A DNA stretch of 64,000 bases from a virus (lineage: Duplodnaviria; Caudoviricetes): IMG/VR virus record IMGVR_UViG_2751185783_000001, positions 47,168 to 111,167 of that record; one strand, 5' to 3'. A program made the position numbers and the translations under genes. Shown here piece after piece: positions 1 to 7,917 of the stretch; position 1 is the stretch's first letter; each line of letters opens with the position of its first letter. Under the pieces are notes generated by a model. The model ran no database searches, was not told where the DNA came from, and saw nothing but the letters and a program-made list of their open reading frames with translations.

Positions 1-7
1 AAACGGG

Positions 8-1660
8 ATGAACGTGTCGCCGTTCTTGCAGATGAAGACGTGGCTGTCGTCGATGCTCGAACTCGACGACGGCATGCTTGACCTTGCCTACCAGCCGAAG
101 CGCCTCGACGACGGCAAGACCGACACCGAAGTGCTGATCAACCACGGGCTGGTGACCCTGTTCGACACCCACCCGCTCGGTGAGGCCGTCAAACACCCCG
201 GCCCGTCGGGCGTGTACACCGACGCGAAGGGCGCCCGGTGGGGGTTCGCCGGCCGGGACCTGCGCGGCAACCCGGTCTACCGGAGCCGGTGGACGCCCGG
301 GCAGGCCGGTGGTGGTGTGCGGGTGGGTGTGACCGGCATGGGCAAGTCGGTGGTGACGCAGGTCGGCGCCTACAACGATCTGCTCCTCGGCATCCTGCCG
401 ATCATCCACGATGCGGGTAAGAACGCCATGGACTTCGTGGACTTCTACGGCATCATCCCGGTGGGTCACACCATCGAACACCGGGAGATCATCCGGGAGT
501 CGTTGTGGCACGAGATGAAACGACGCCAGGCGTGGATCAACACGCAGACCGCCGTCGGTCTGGGTGGCATGGAAGTCACCGCCGACCCCACCTGGGATCC
601 GGTCCGTGGCGGCCCGCCGATCCGGTGCACGTGGGAGGAGTTCCACATGCACATGTCCGACCCGAAGTTCATTCAGTACCTCGGTGCGCAGGTCCGCCTT
701 CAGCGGGCCACCGCCATCATGGCCGAAGGCGCCTCCCAGGGGTCGGGCCTGGCGGACTGGGGTGACCAGCAGATGAAAGAGCAGATGACCGAAATCTCGC
801 TGGAGATGATGCGGGTCTCCGACCACACCGCGAGGCTCGCCGGCTACCAGGGCGGGCTGATGCCGTCCACGCTGCCGTCGCTGCCCGGCATGATGGTCAG
901 CCAGGTACTGAAGGGAGATCCGGTCGCCTACCGGTCGGCGTTCATGCCCCGCGACCCGAGTAACCCCGAGTCGCTGATCTACCGGCTGAAGCGGCCCAAC
1001 GGCACCCCCGAAGGCGAACAGATCGTGTTCGCCCCGCAGCTGCCGCCGGAGACCATCGCCGTGTTCAAGGAGCATGGACTGATGGACCTGTGGGAGAAAG
1101 GCAAGACCAAGTCTGGTCGAGAGCAGCTTCAGTCCGAAGCCGACCCGGTCGAGTCGACGGTCATGCCCGACATGCTCGAGGCGATCCTCGGCGGGCAGCC
1201 CACCCCGAAGCCGCGGCTGCGCGCCGATGAGGTCGTCTTGGGCCTGCTGAAGAACGAGGACGACAACGGGCGCGGCGGACTCACCCAGCAGCAGATGCTC
1301 GCGTCGCCGTGGTGGGCGCAGATCGAGGGGGAGTGGACGAAGAACGCCGGCATCCCCTCACACACCACGATCGGCCGGGCCTGCAAGAACCTGTCCGGGC
1401 TGGAATCCCCGCTGATCGGCTCCGACGAGGGGACCCCCGCCCGCTGGTCGCTGCTGCCCGCAGGGTCGGCACGCGGGGAGCAGGCGTTGACGCTGCTGCG
1501 GTCAGCCGGCGTACTCGGCAAGCAGGCCCAATCCCAGACGCGGGCGTCTGGGATGGACATCGCAGGCCTGGAACGGCAGGCGATGCTCGAGGCCGAACAG
1601 GCAGCCCTGATTCAGGAACTGGTGCGGGAAGCTGCCGGGCTGACAGGACCGGGGCAGTGA
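8..1660 (+). CDS. FtsK/SpoIIIE-family (actinomycete TraB-like) DNA translocase, probably 5'-truncated by the window edge
   Basis: Walker A GVTGMGKS, IIHDAGK strand, EMKRRQ helix, Walker B-like RCTWEEFH, ASQ motif, C-terminal winged-helix-like region; frame is open back to the window start. Confidence 0.75.
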   Translation: MNVSPFLQMKTWLSSMLELDDGMLDLAYQPKRLDDGKTDTEVLINHGLVTLFDTHPLGEAVKHPGPSGVYTDAKGARWGFAGRDLRGNPVYRSRWTPGQAGGGVRVGVTGMGKSVVTQVGAYNDLLLGILPIIHDAGKNAMDFVDFYGIIPVGHTIEHREIIRESLWHEMKRRQAWINTQTAVGLGGMEVTADPTWDPVRGGPPIRCTWEEFHMHMSDPKFIQYLGAQVRLQRATAIMAEGASQGSGLADWGDQQMKEQMTEISLEMMRVSDHTARLAGYQGGLMPSTLPSLPGMMVSQVLKGDPVAYRSAFMPRDPSNPESLIYRLKRPNGTPEGEQIVFAPQLPPETIAVFKEHGLMDLWEKGKTKSGREQLQSEADPVESTVMPDMLEAILGGQPTPKPRLRADEVVLGLLKNEDDNGRGGLTQQQMLASPWWAQIEGEWTKNAGIPSHTTIGRACKNLSGLESPLIGSDEGTPARWSLLPAGSARGEQALTLLRSAGVLGKQAQSQTRASGMDIAGLERQAMLEAEQAALIQELVREAAGLTGPGQ

Positions 1661-1665
1661 CCGTT

Positions 1666-1902
1666 TCAGGAACCGTGGCGCTGTACCCAGATTTCGAGGT
1701 AGGCGCTTTCGGGCTGGAAGTCGCTGTAGACCCAGCGCCGCTTGCGGACAGTGCCCGCAAGGTAGGCCTTCTTGAGGTCGTGATGGTCGTGCGACCTCAA
1801 GAAGATCTCATCGCCGGTGGCCGGCACGCCGAAGGTCGTGTCGAGGGTGTACTTGCCACCGACCGGTTTGCCGTCGGCGTTGTCGATGAGGAATACCTGC
1901 AT
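1666..1902 (-). CDS. hypothetical protein
   Basis: 78-aa ORF with normal protein composition. Confidence 0.55.
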   Translation of the reverse strand: MQVFLIDNADGKPVGGKYTLDTTFGVPATGDEIFLRSHDHHDLKKAYLAGTVRKRRWVYSDFQPESAYLEIWVQRHGS

Positions 1903-1956
1903 GAGCTGAGGGTAGCGGCCGGATCGCTGTATGACGATCTGGCCGCTACCGGAGAA

Positions 1957-2448
1957 TCAGCGGGAGAACCGGGCCCCAACGTCGAGGCGCAGCGCCGTGA
2001 ACCCGCGGTTGATGTGCGCCACGACTTCGGCGAGCGCCTCCACCCGTACCGGTTCGGTCAGCCCGTCCACAACCCGCCGGGCATGTTCCTGCCCGCCGTC
2101 GTTCAGCGCGGCGAACACTGTCCCGGCGCCGGAATGGGCGAACGCCAGCTGGGTGATGACGTCCCGGCTGTTCGGACTGTGGGCGACCGCGGCGACCGCA
2201 ATGGTGTGCGCGGTGAGGATCGGATCGGCGGCGACCTCGGCGAGGTGCTGGCCGTAGCAGTCCTGATTCCACAGGTTCGCGGCCACGGCGCGCCAGATCG
2301 GGGTGGTGTCGCGGTCCCACATGCCGTTACCGGGCAGCCGCCGGTCGTCTCCGTATTCCATGGAGTCGGCCCAGTCGGCGCCGGTGGGTGCCGGGAATGG
2401 GTGGGTAGGGTCGCAGGGCAGGCCGGTGATGGGTTCAAAGTCGGTCAC
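1957..2448 (-). CDS. hypothetical protein
   Basis: 163-aa ORF with normal composition. Confidence 0.55.
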   Translation of the reverse strand: MTDFEPITGLPCDPTHPFPAPTGADWADSMEYGDDRRLPGNGMWDRDTTPIWRAVAANLWNQDCYGQHLAEVAADPILTAHTIAVAAVAHSPNSRDVITQLAFAHSGAGTVFAALNDGGQEHARRVVDGLTEPVRVEALAEVVAHINRGFTALRLDVGARFSR

Positions 2449-2489
2449 GGATCGACGCTACTGGCTGCCTTCTTCGGGTGGGGTGTCCG

Positions 2490-3191
2490 ATGACTGCCAC
2501 GATCCCGCCGCATGCGGATGTGCGGGACTGCCGCCTGTACCGGTTCCGCGTCTACCACCCCGACGACATGGGCCTGCCCGCCGGGCAGCGGCGGATCGTG
2601 CTGGGCTACATCGGCGAGACCGTGCGCATGCCCATCGCGAGGCTGATCGAGCACCTGTATGACCAGCCGTGGGCGGACACGATCGTGGGCTGGGATGTCG
2701 ACCCGCGGGTCTTCGCCGGCAAGGACGCGGTGCTGGCGGCTGAGCGAGTGGCGATCGAGACGGAGCAGCCGCTCTACAACGTTGAGCACAACCGGGGTAA
2801 CCCGTACCGGATTCCGCCGCCGCTGGCGATCCGGCAGCGGCGGCAGCGGGACGCCACCGACCAGGCCCGGCCGCGGTGGGTGCATCCGGACGACCGTGGT
2901 GGTGCGACCCGGGCACCGGCCCGGCCGCGCGCGGCGCAGCCTCCGGTAGTCAAGCCGTGGTCGTCGCGGCGCAAGCACCTGACGGGGCTCGGCGCGGGCT
3001 GGGCGGTGTTGTCGGCCGCGTCGTGGATCGTCCTGGCGACGCAGGGGCTGCTCAACCTGGAGACGTTCGGGGTGGTCACGGTCGTGGCGCTGGTAATGAC
3101 GGTGTGGCTGTGGGCGGGCGTGCCGGTCAGCCGGAAGGGCCGGCGGAAGGCGAAGTCGCGGATCCGGCGCCGGTTGCGGGCCCGGCGGTGA
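2490..3191 (+). CDS. GIY-YIG nuclease domain with two C-terminal transmembrane helices
   Basis: RLYRF...LGYIGET...ARLIEH...AAERVAIETEQPLYNVEHN, then two hydrophobic segments and a basic tail. Confidence 0.75.
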   Translation: MTATIPPHADVRDCRLYRFRVYHPDDMGLPAGQRRIVLGYIGETVRMPIARLIEHLYDQPWADTIVGWDVDPRVFAGKDAVLAAERVAIETEQPLYNVEHNRGNPYRIPPPLAIRQRRQRDATDQARPRWVHPDDRGGATRAPARPRAAQPPVVKPWSSRRKHLTGLGAGWAVLSAASWIVLATQGLLNLETFGVVTVVALVMTVWLWAGVPVSRKGRRKAKSRIRRRLRARR

Positions 3192-3454
3192 CCCACCCGG
3201 GCTGGTGTGAGCAGTGCGAGTCCGGGCCGGGCATGTTGCGGCACCGGTCGCGTCTGGTCCGGGTGGGTGCCCGCACGCAGTTGTCTGACCGCGGTGTGGT
3301 GTCTGTCCGGTTGTCGTCGACGGGGCATGGCCCGACATGGCTGGAGGTGCGGGTGGCGCACCGGATCGTGGCGACCGCTGAACTCGGCCTCGAGGACGCG
3401 GCGGTGCTGCGGGACGGGCTGACCTTCTTGTTGCACGCGGCGGGCCCGTCGTAG
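3188..3454 (+). CDS. small Cys/His protein (HPxWC...HxS type)
   Basis: GTG overlaps the upstream TGA; VTHPGWCEQC...RHRS. Confidence 0.6.
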   Translation: MTHPGWCEQCESGPGMLRHRSRLVRVGARTQLSDRGVVSVRLSSTGHGPTWLEVRVAHRIVATAELGLEDAAVLRDGLTFLLHAAGPS

Positions 3455-3550
3455 CCGCTTTGCCCGTACCTGTCGGGTGTGCGGATGGTGCTGGTCCGGG
3501 CGTCGTGGCGTAGGCCGGGGTACACATGCACCCCGGCCTATCGTCAGGAG

Positions 3551-3781
3551 ATGAACGATCACCGTCCCGCCCCAGGTCAGCCTCGTAGGAGCCCGAACGC
3601 AGGCCACGCTTGGGGCGACCCGGAAAGAGGCGGTGCGGTCACTGGAGGGTCGTCGCCTGACGGATACGTGTGGGTCAACGTGCAGCGGGCCACTGGCCTG
3701 ACGGCGCGGCTCGCCCCCGACCAGGCTGAAGCGCTCGGTGATCAACTGTACGTGTGGGCGCGGCAGGCCCGCGGCCGGTAG
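3551..3781 (+). CDS. hypothetical protein
   Basis: AGGAG directly before the ATG; followed by a terminator-like hairpin. Confidence 0.5.
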   Translation: MNDHRPAPGQPRRSPNAGHAWGDPERGGAVTGGSSPDGYVWVNVQRATGLTARLAPDQAEALGDQLYVWARQARGR

Positions 3782-3798
3782 TCCGAGACGCAGAGATG

Positions 3799-3846
3799 GC
3801 CCCGCCCCGGCCCGAGAGCGAATCTCAGGCAGGGGCGGGGCTTTCT
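3799..3846 (+). terminator. intrinsic terminator
   Basis: GCCCCGCCCCGGCCCGAGA-gcgaa-TCTCAGGCAGGGGCGGGGC followed by TTTCT. Confidence 0.7.
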
Positions 3847-3917
3847 GCTGTTCACGGGGCACCGGAGTCGTAGCCGGGCAACTATGATCGCCGATCAACC
3901 TGATCAGGGGAGGCGGC

Positions 3918-4268
3918 ATGCGCACCACCGTCAAGGAGAACGTGCTTCGCCGGATCCCGGCGTTCGCCCGTGGCCGGCACCCGGACGACATCGGCTGGGC
4001 GCAGATCCTGGCCGCAACCGTGGCCGAGATGCTGTTCGTGGCCGCGCTCAAAGCGGTCGGCCTGGTGGTGCTCGTGTGGATCGTGCACACCCACTGGTGG
4101 CCTGCGGTGCCCGAGCTTGAGTATCCGGTTGCGGTGGCGGTCATGGTGCTGGTCCGGGCGCTCACGTTGCCTGCCTCGTGGCACAGCGAAACGCCCCCGC
4201 CCGCACCTGGCTCCCTGGCGGGGGAGCGCAGACGCGAGCGGGGACACACGGTGCCGGGCGGGGTGTGA
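3918..4268 (+). CDS. small membrane protein
   Basis: GGGGAGG RBS; two or three hydrophobic segments. Confidence 0.65.
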   Translation: MRTTVKENVLRRIPAFARGRHPDDIGWAQILAATVAEMLFVAALKAVGLVVLVWIVHTHWWPAVPELEYPVAVAVMVLVRALTLPASWHSETPPPAPGSLAGERRRERGHTVPGGV

Positions 4269-4314
4269 CTCGCAGAAACCGCGGACCCGCCCGGCGCGAT
4301 CAGGGGGACGGCCG

Positions 4315-4662
4315 TTACTCGTACGGATCCGGCGTGGGGCCGGTTGGTCCGGCCGGGGTGACCTGGGCGCGGGTGAGGAGCATCAGCACCGCCAGCACGA
4401 GTCCGTTGACCGCGCCGACGGTTTCCTGCGAGACGTGCAGGCCGTAGCCGGCGAACAGCGCCGCCGCCGCGGTGACCGCGTACGTGAATGCGGCGGGCGC
4501 GATCGGCCGGACGTGGATGGCGTTGATGACGCCGAGCCCGGCGTTGAACGCGGCGACGATCAGCGCGGCCTGCTCGGCGCTCAGCCAATCGAAACCAAAC
4601 GTGACGATGAGGCCGAGGGCGGCGCTGAGCACGCCGAGGATCAGGGTGGGTTCACGGCGCAT
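4315..4662 (-). CDS. putative holin (4-TM actinophage type)
   Basis: MRREPTLILGVLSAALGLIVTFG...RAQVTP; four hydrophobic helices; same strand as the lysis cassette. Confidence 0.65.
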   Translation of the reverse strand: MRREPTLILGVLSAALGLIVTFGFDWLSAEQAALIVAAFNAGLGVINAIHVRPIAPAAFTYAVTAAAALFAGYGLHVSQETVGAVNGLVLAVLMLLTRAQVTPAGPTGPTPDPYE

Positions 4663-4734
4663 GCGATCTCCAAGGGGTCTGTGTGGGTGGCTGTGTGGCA
4701 GGCGGGTCCGGCACAGGGCGAGTAGGGTCCGCAT

Positions 4735-4968
4735 GTGGCGGAAGATCAAGACGTGGACCCGGTGTGGGAATGGGTCAAAGCCGAAGCCGACGCCCATCAC
4801 GGCGGGGACCGGAAAGCCGCGGTCCGGGCGATCCTGACCGCCGCGTACGAGTCCGAACGGCGGCCCGGGGACCCGTGGGCGTACCTCGAAGCCCGGCAGC
4901 GCGGGCGGCCCGGCTCGGCCCGATTCTCACCGGCCGGTGCTGACCCGGTCGAGGGTGAGCCCTACTGA
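4735..4968 (+). CDS. small putative DNA-binding protein (RHH-like)
   Basis: PVWEWVKAEA...RKAAVRAIL helix pair. Confidence 0.45.
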   Translation: MAEDQDVDPVWEWVKAEADAHHGGDRKAAVRAILTAAYESERRPGDPWAYLEARQRGRPGSARFSPAGADPVEGEPY

Positions 4969-5140
4969 TCGTGGCGGCCGGACAGTGCCAGCACCCGTCA
5001 CAGTTCGTCCAGGTCGATGGCGAGGAACAGGCGCAGCCGCATCCCGCCTCCCGTTCCGGTTACACCCGGCCGGCACTCAATCCGCACCCGCCCGGCACCG
5101 ATCAGGTGGAGGACCGGTCGGTTCGAGTGCGGGAGTTGTC

Positions 5141-5362
5141 ATGCCGAAAGAACTGCTGGCGGGCCTGTTCGTGTACGGGACGCTCGGCGCTCTCGCGCTG
5201 TGGGCGCAGTACCTGTTCATCGCCGCAGCGGTACGCCGGGGGATTCTGACCGCTCAGAAGGTCCTGGATCGGGAGGCGCAGCGACGCCCGGTACCGCCGA
5301 AGACGGCTCCGACCGTACCTGGGGCGCCCGGTCAGGCGTGGCTGCCTCAGCATCAGGGTTGA
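5141..5362 (+). CDS. single-TM membrane protein
   Basis: GGGAG RBS; hydrophobic N-terminus ending AAAVRRGI. Confidence 0.6.
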   Translation: MPKELLAGLFVYGTLGALALWAQYLFIAAAVRRGILTAQKVLDREAQRRPVPPKTAPTVPGAPGQAWLPQHQG

Positions 5363-5365
5363 CCG

Positions 5366-5596
5366 GTGCTGCCGGTTGCGGAAGCCGCCGCGAAAGGGCC
5401 GGGCGTGGCGGGGCTGCTGCTGTGCGGCGTGTTCACGATCCTCGGGGCGCTGCTGTTCTACTGGCTGATCGCGGCGTCCGTATGCCGGGGGATCGAGCTG
5501 GCGCAGCAGCGGGCGAAGATGCGCGCCCGGAAACGGGCGGGTGTGTCTTTGCGGAAACAGTTCGCGGAGGACTGGGAGGAGAGGCGGAAGCGTTGA
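5366..5596 (+). CDS. single-TM membrane protein, similar to the preceding gene
   Basis: TM segment followed by IAASVCRGI and a basic tail. Confidence 0.5.
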   Translation: MLPVAEAAAKGPGVAGLLLCGVFTILGALLFYWLIAASVCRGIELAQQRAKMRARKRAGVSLRKQFAEDWEERRKR

Positions 5597-5634
5597 GCCC
5601 CAGGCTTCTGCGCCCCATGTCACCCTCTCGGAGG

Positions 5635-5677
5635 TGTCTCTAGTCAGCTATAGACATAATCTCTAGCTCGCTATAGA
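5635..5677. promoter_or_regulatory. tandem near-palindromic operator sites
   Basis: TCTCTAG-N3-GCTATAGA at 5637-5654 and 5660-5677, upstream of an HTH gene. Confidence 0.7.
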
Positions 5678-5715
5678 TTTGGTGCATCAGGTTCCCGCCG
5701 ACCACGGAGGACACG

Positions 5716-6117
5716 ATGCCCACCTACACCGTCGTGATCGAAGCCAGCAACAACGACGGCACCATCTGGCAAGCGCTCGCACCCAGCGAAACCGTCGAAG
5801 ACGACGCCACCGCCGAAGACATCGCCCAGTGGACCGCCAGCAACCAGAACATCGCCGAAGGCAACAACTGGCGCGTCCGCGTCTGGAACGGAGCCGACGC
5901 CGACATCCACACCACCCCGAACGCCGAATACGTGGCCGGCGAAGATGACCTGATCGCCGAACTCCGGATGGCCCGGCTTCGGATTGCCGAATTGACCGAC
6001 CAGCGTGACAACCTCATCCAGCAGCTGATGGACACCGGCGTTCCGCGCGCCAGGATCGCGAACGCGGCCGGGCTGAGGGAAGCCCGTCTCTACCAGATCC
6101 GCGACGGCCGCCGGTGA
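5716..6117 (+). CDS. protein with C-terminal HTH
   Basis: GGAGG RBS; GVPRARIANAAGLREARLYQIR. Confidence 0.75.
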   Translation: MPTYTVVIEASNNDGTIWQALAPSETVEDDATAEDIAQWTASNQNIAEGNNWRVRVWNGADADIHTTPNAEYVAGEDDLIAELRMARLRIAELTDQRDNLIQQLMDTGVPRARIANAAGLREARLYQIRDGRR

Positions 6118-6166
6118 GTTCCTGGACCGCAGGCCCCAATCCTCATCTTTCCGGAAGGGCTCTCAA

Positions 6167-6532
6167 ATGATCACGCACATCGTCTACATCGGCACCGCGC
6201 CGGAAGTCCTGTCCGGCAACTGCTACGACCTCACCATCCACCCGGTCACCCCGGTGGTCGTCGGTGTCGACGACGACAACAACGACATCATCCAGTACGA
6301 GCCCGGCGCGGACGTCGTGCTGAACACCGAACTGCCCGTGGCCGTCGGCAACGAACCCGACGAGGAGACGGGTGAGGAGCCGGTGACCCGCGCGATCTAC
6401 GAGGCGGAGCAGCTGGTGCAGAAGGCGGGCTATTCGCTGATCGATTTCGGCGGTACGGAGAGCGTCAACGATGAGGGCATCTGGTATGCGGAGACGAACG
6501 CGTTTTCCGCGTATCTGAGGTTCAACGGGTAA
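6167..6532 (+). CDS. acidic hypothetical protein
   Basis: GGAAGGG RBS, 121-aa ORF. Confidence 0.7.
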   Translation: MITHIVYIGTAPEVLSGNCYDLTIHPVTPVVVGVDDDNNDIIQYEPGADVVLNTELPVAVGNEPDEETGEEPVTRAIYEAEQLVQKAGYSLIDFGGTESVNDEGIWYAETNAFSAYLRFNG

Positions 6533-6549
6533 ACGGTTCGTGGATTGCG

Positions 6550-6574
6550 CGGCCCCCGCTTGGGGGCCGTTTCC
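6550..6574 (+). terminator. intrinsic terminator
   Basis: CGGCCCCC-gctt-GGGGGCCG followed by TTTCC. Confidence 0.6.
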
Positions 6575-6690
6575 ATGTGCGGGTTCGGTGGGGATTGCCG
6601 CAGCTCAGCCCGGGTGTTGGCGGCGGGGTGCGCCCACAAAGATCCACATAGGGCGTGGGAGAATCAGGAGGTCATAAATAGAGATCCCCG

Positions 6691-7479
6691 GTGAGTTCCC
6701 GCGAGGGAACCAACCGCAAGGTGGTGGAACACCAAGCGCACCGGGGCTGGACGCCTTACGAGGAGGCTTCCGATGGTTATTTTGTCATGCCCGCACTCTG
6801 TCCGCGTGCCTACGGGGGCAGCGGCGTGAAGCGGCTGTTCGACCTCGACAACGAAGAGATCCCGTTCATTCGGCGCTGGAACGCGCTCACCGCGGTTCTG
6901 CTGGTCGAGCCTTCCGTCAAGCTCGTCGCCCGCCTCGCCATGGACTTCGCCGACTTCGACGACGGCGCGTCGTGCTTCCCCAGCATCGAGATGATGACCC
7001 GCGAATCCGGGCTCAGTGACCGAACTGTCCGGAATGGCTGGGCCGTTCTTCGGGGACTCGGCATGGCCGTCCGGGTGTCCCGGGGCGGCTCGTATCGCGG
7101 ACATGCCGACGAGTACCAGTTGCAGATTCCCGACAACTGGCGAACATTGCCCCTGCTCGGACCTCACCGCCGCAAGTTCACGTGCCCCGGCTGCGGGAAC
7201 CTGTTCAACCCGGACGCCCACAGCATCCTCGCGGACAGGCTCAAGGGCAGCGCCAAGCCGGACGGCAGGCCGCGCGCGAAGGCGGGCGACGGCGTCGCGT
7301 GGATCATTGGGCGATTGGCGTTCTGCTCGTGGCCGAGCAGCACCGGCCGCAAGGGAAGCCGGGCCTGCACTGACGCGTGGGATGTGAAGCGCCGAGAGAA
7401 GGGCGAAAAGGTCTGGGATCAGACCGACGCCTCGGGGAAGTGGGCAGTGTTCTGGGAGGCGCAAGGTGATCCCTGGTAG
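6691..7479 (+). CDS. winged-HTH replication initiator-like protein with a Cys-rich C-terminal domain (start may be GTG 6826)
   Basis: KLVARLAMDFAD...SCFPSIEMMTRESGLSDRTVRNGWAVLRGLG matches the replisome-organiser HTH pattern; CPGC; iterons follow the stop immediately. Confidence 0.72.
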   Translation: MSSREGTNRKVVEHQAHRGWTPYEEASDGYFVMPALCPRAYGGSGVKRLFDLDNEEIPFIRRWNALTAVLLVEPSVKLVARLAMDFADFDDGASCFPSIEMMTRESGLSDRTVRNGWAVLRGLGMAVRVSRGGSYRGHADEYQLQIPDNWRTLPLLGPHRRKFTCPGCGNLFNPDAHSILADRLKGSAKPDGRPRAKAGDGVAWIIGRLAFCSWPSSTGRKGSRACTDAWDVKRREKGEKVWDQTDASGKWAVFWEAQGDPW

Positions 7480-7481
7480 GG

Positions 7482-7628
7482 CGGTAACGGTTACCGGATG
7501 GTGGTAACGGTTACCGGTAGAGGGTGGTAACGGTTACCGGACCCCCTGGCAACGGTTACCGCACCCGGTGGTAACCGTTGCCGACCACCTACTCATAGAC
7601 CAACTCATAAGACCAAATCATCAAACCG
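7482..7628. repeat. iteron array with adjacent A/C-rich tract (putative replication origin)
   Basis: GGTAACGGTTACC at 7483, 7503 and 7526; GGCAACGGTTACC at 7548; inverted GGTAACCGTTGCC at 7570; then ACTCATAGACCA-ACTCATAAGACCAAATCATCAAACC. Confidence 0.85.
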
Positions 7629-7688
7629 TGTCCCGCGCTGCGCTTCGCTTCGACGCGGGCGCGCACGACCGAAGGAGCGATGGGGGAA

Positions 7689-7711
7689 CTGTCCGGGACA
7701 GTCCCGGACAG
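7689..7711. repeat. perfect 11-bp inverted repeat
   Basis: CTGTCCGGGAC-A-GTCCCGGACAG. Confidence 0.8.
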
Positions 7712-7917
7712 ACTCAGGACAGGTGAGGCATCCAACCCAAACCCGCACCGGGAGTGAGCGATCCGACCGGCCCGTCGACTGCTTGCTCCCGGTGCGCCTT
7801 TGACCTTCAACCACGCACCGACGGAAGGTCAGCGTCCGGCTCGGCTGCCCGTCTACCTCCCGGCGGGCGGTGCGCAGTCTGCGAAGCCCGTGCGATGTCG
7901 GGTGCGAAGCTCGCCCG

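Noticed and set aside
1309-2493. 394-aa plus-strand ORF
   Set aside because: Overlaps the translocase out of frame and is antisense to two more protein-like minus-strand ORFs.
2445-4588. Long minus-strand ORFs 2445-3527 and 2774-4588
   Set aside because: Arg/Pro-rich alternative frames overlapping better-supported plus-strand genes.
7477-7530. Initiator gene as a pseudogene reading through into the repeats
   Set aside because: The same frame hits another stop (TAA at 7528) soon after, so simple readthrough does not restore a longer protein; a frameshifted ancestor is not excluded.
7482-7582. Possible mini-CRISPR array
   Set aside because: Repeats are 13 bp with 7-10 bp gaps and no cas genes are present; this fits iterons.
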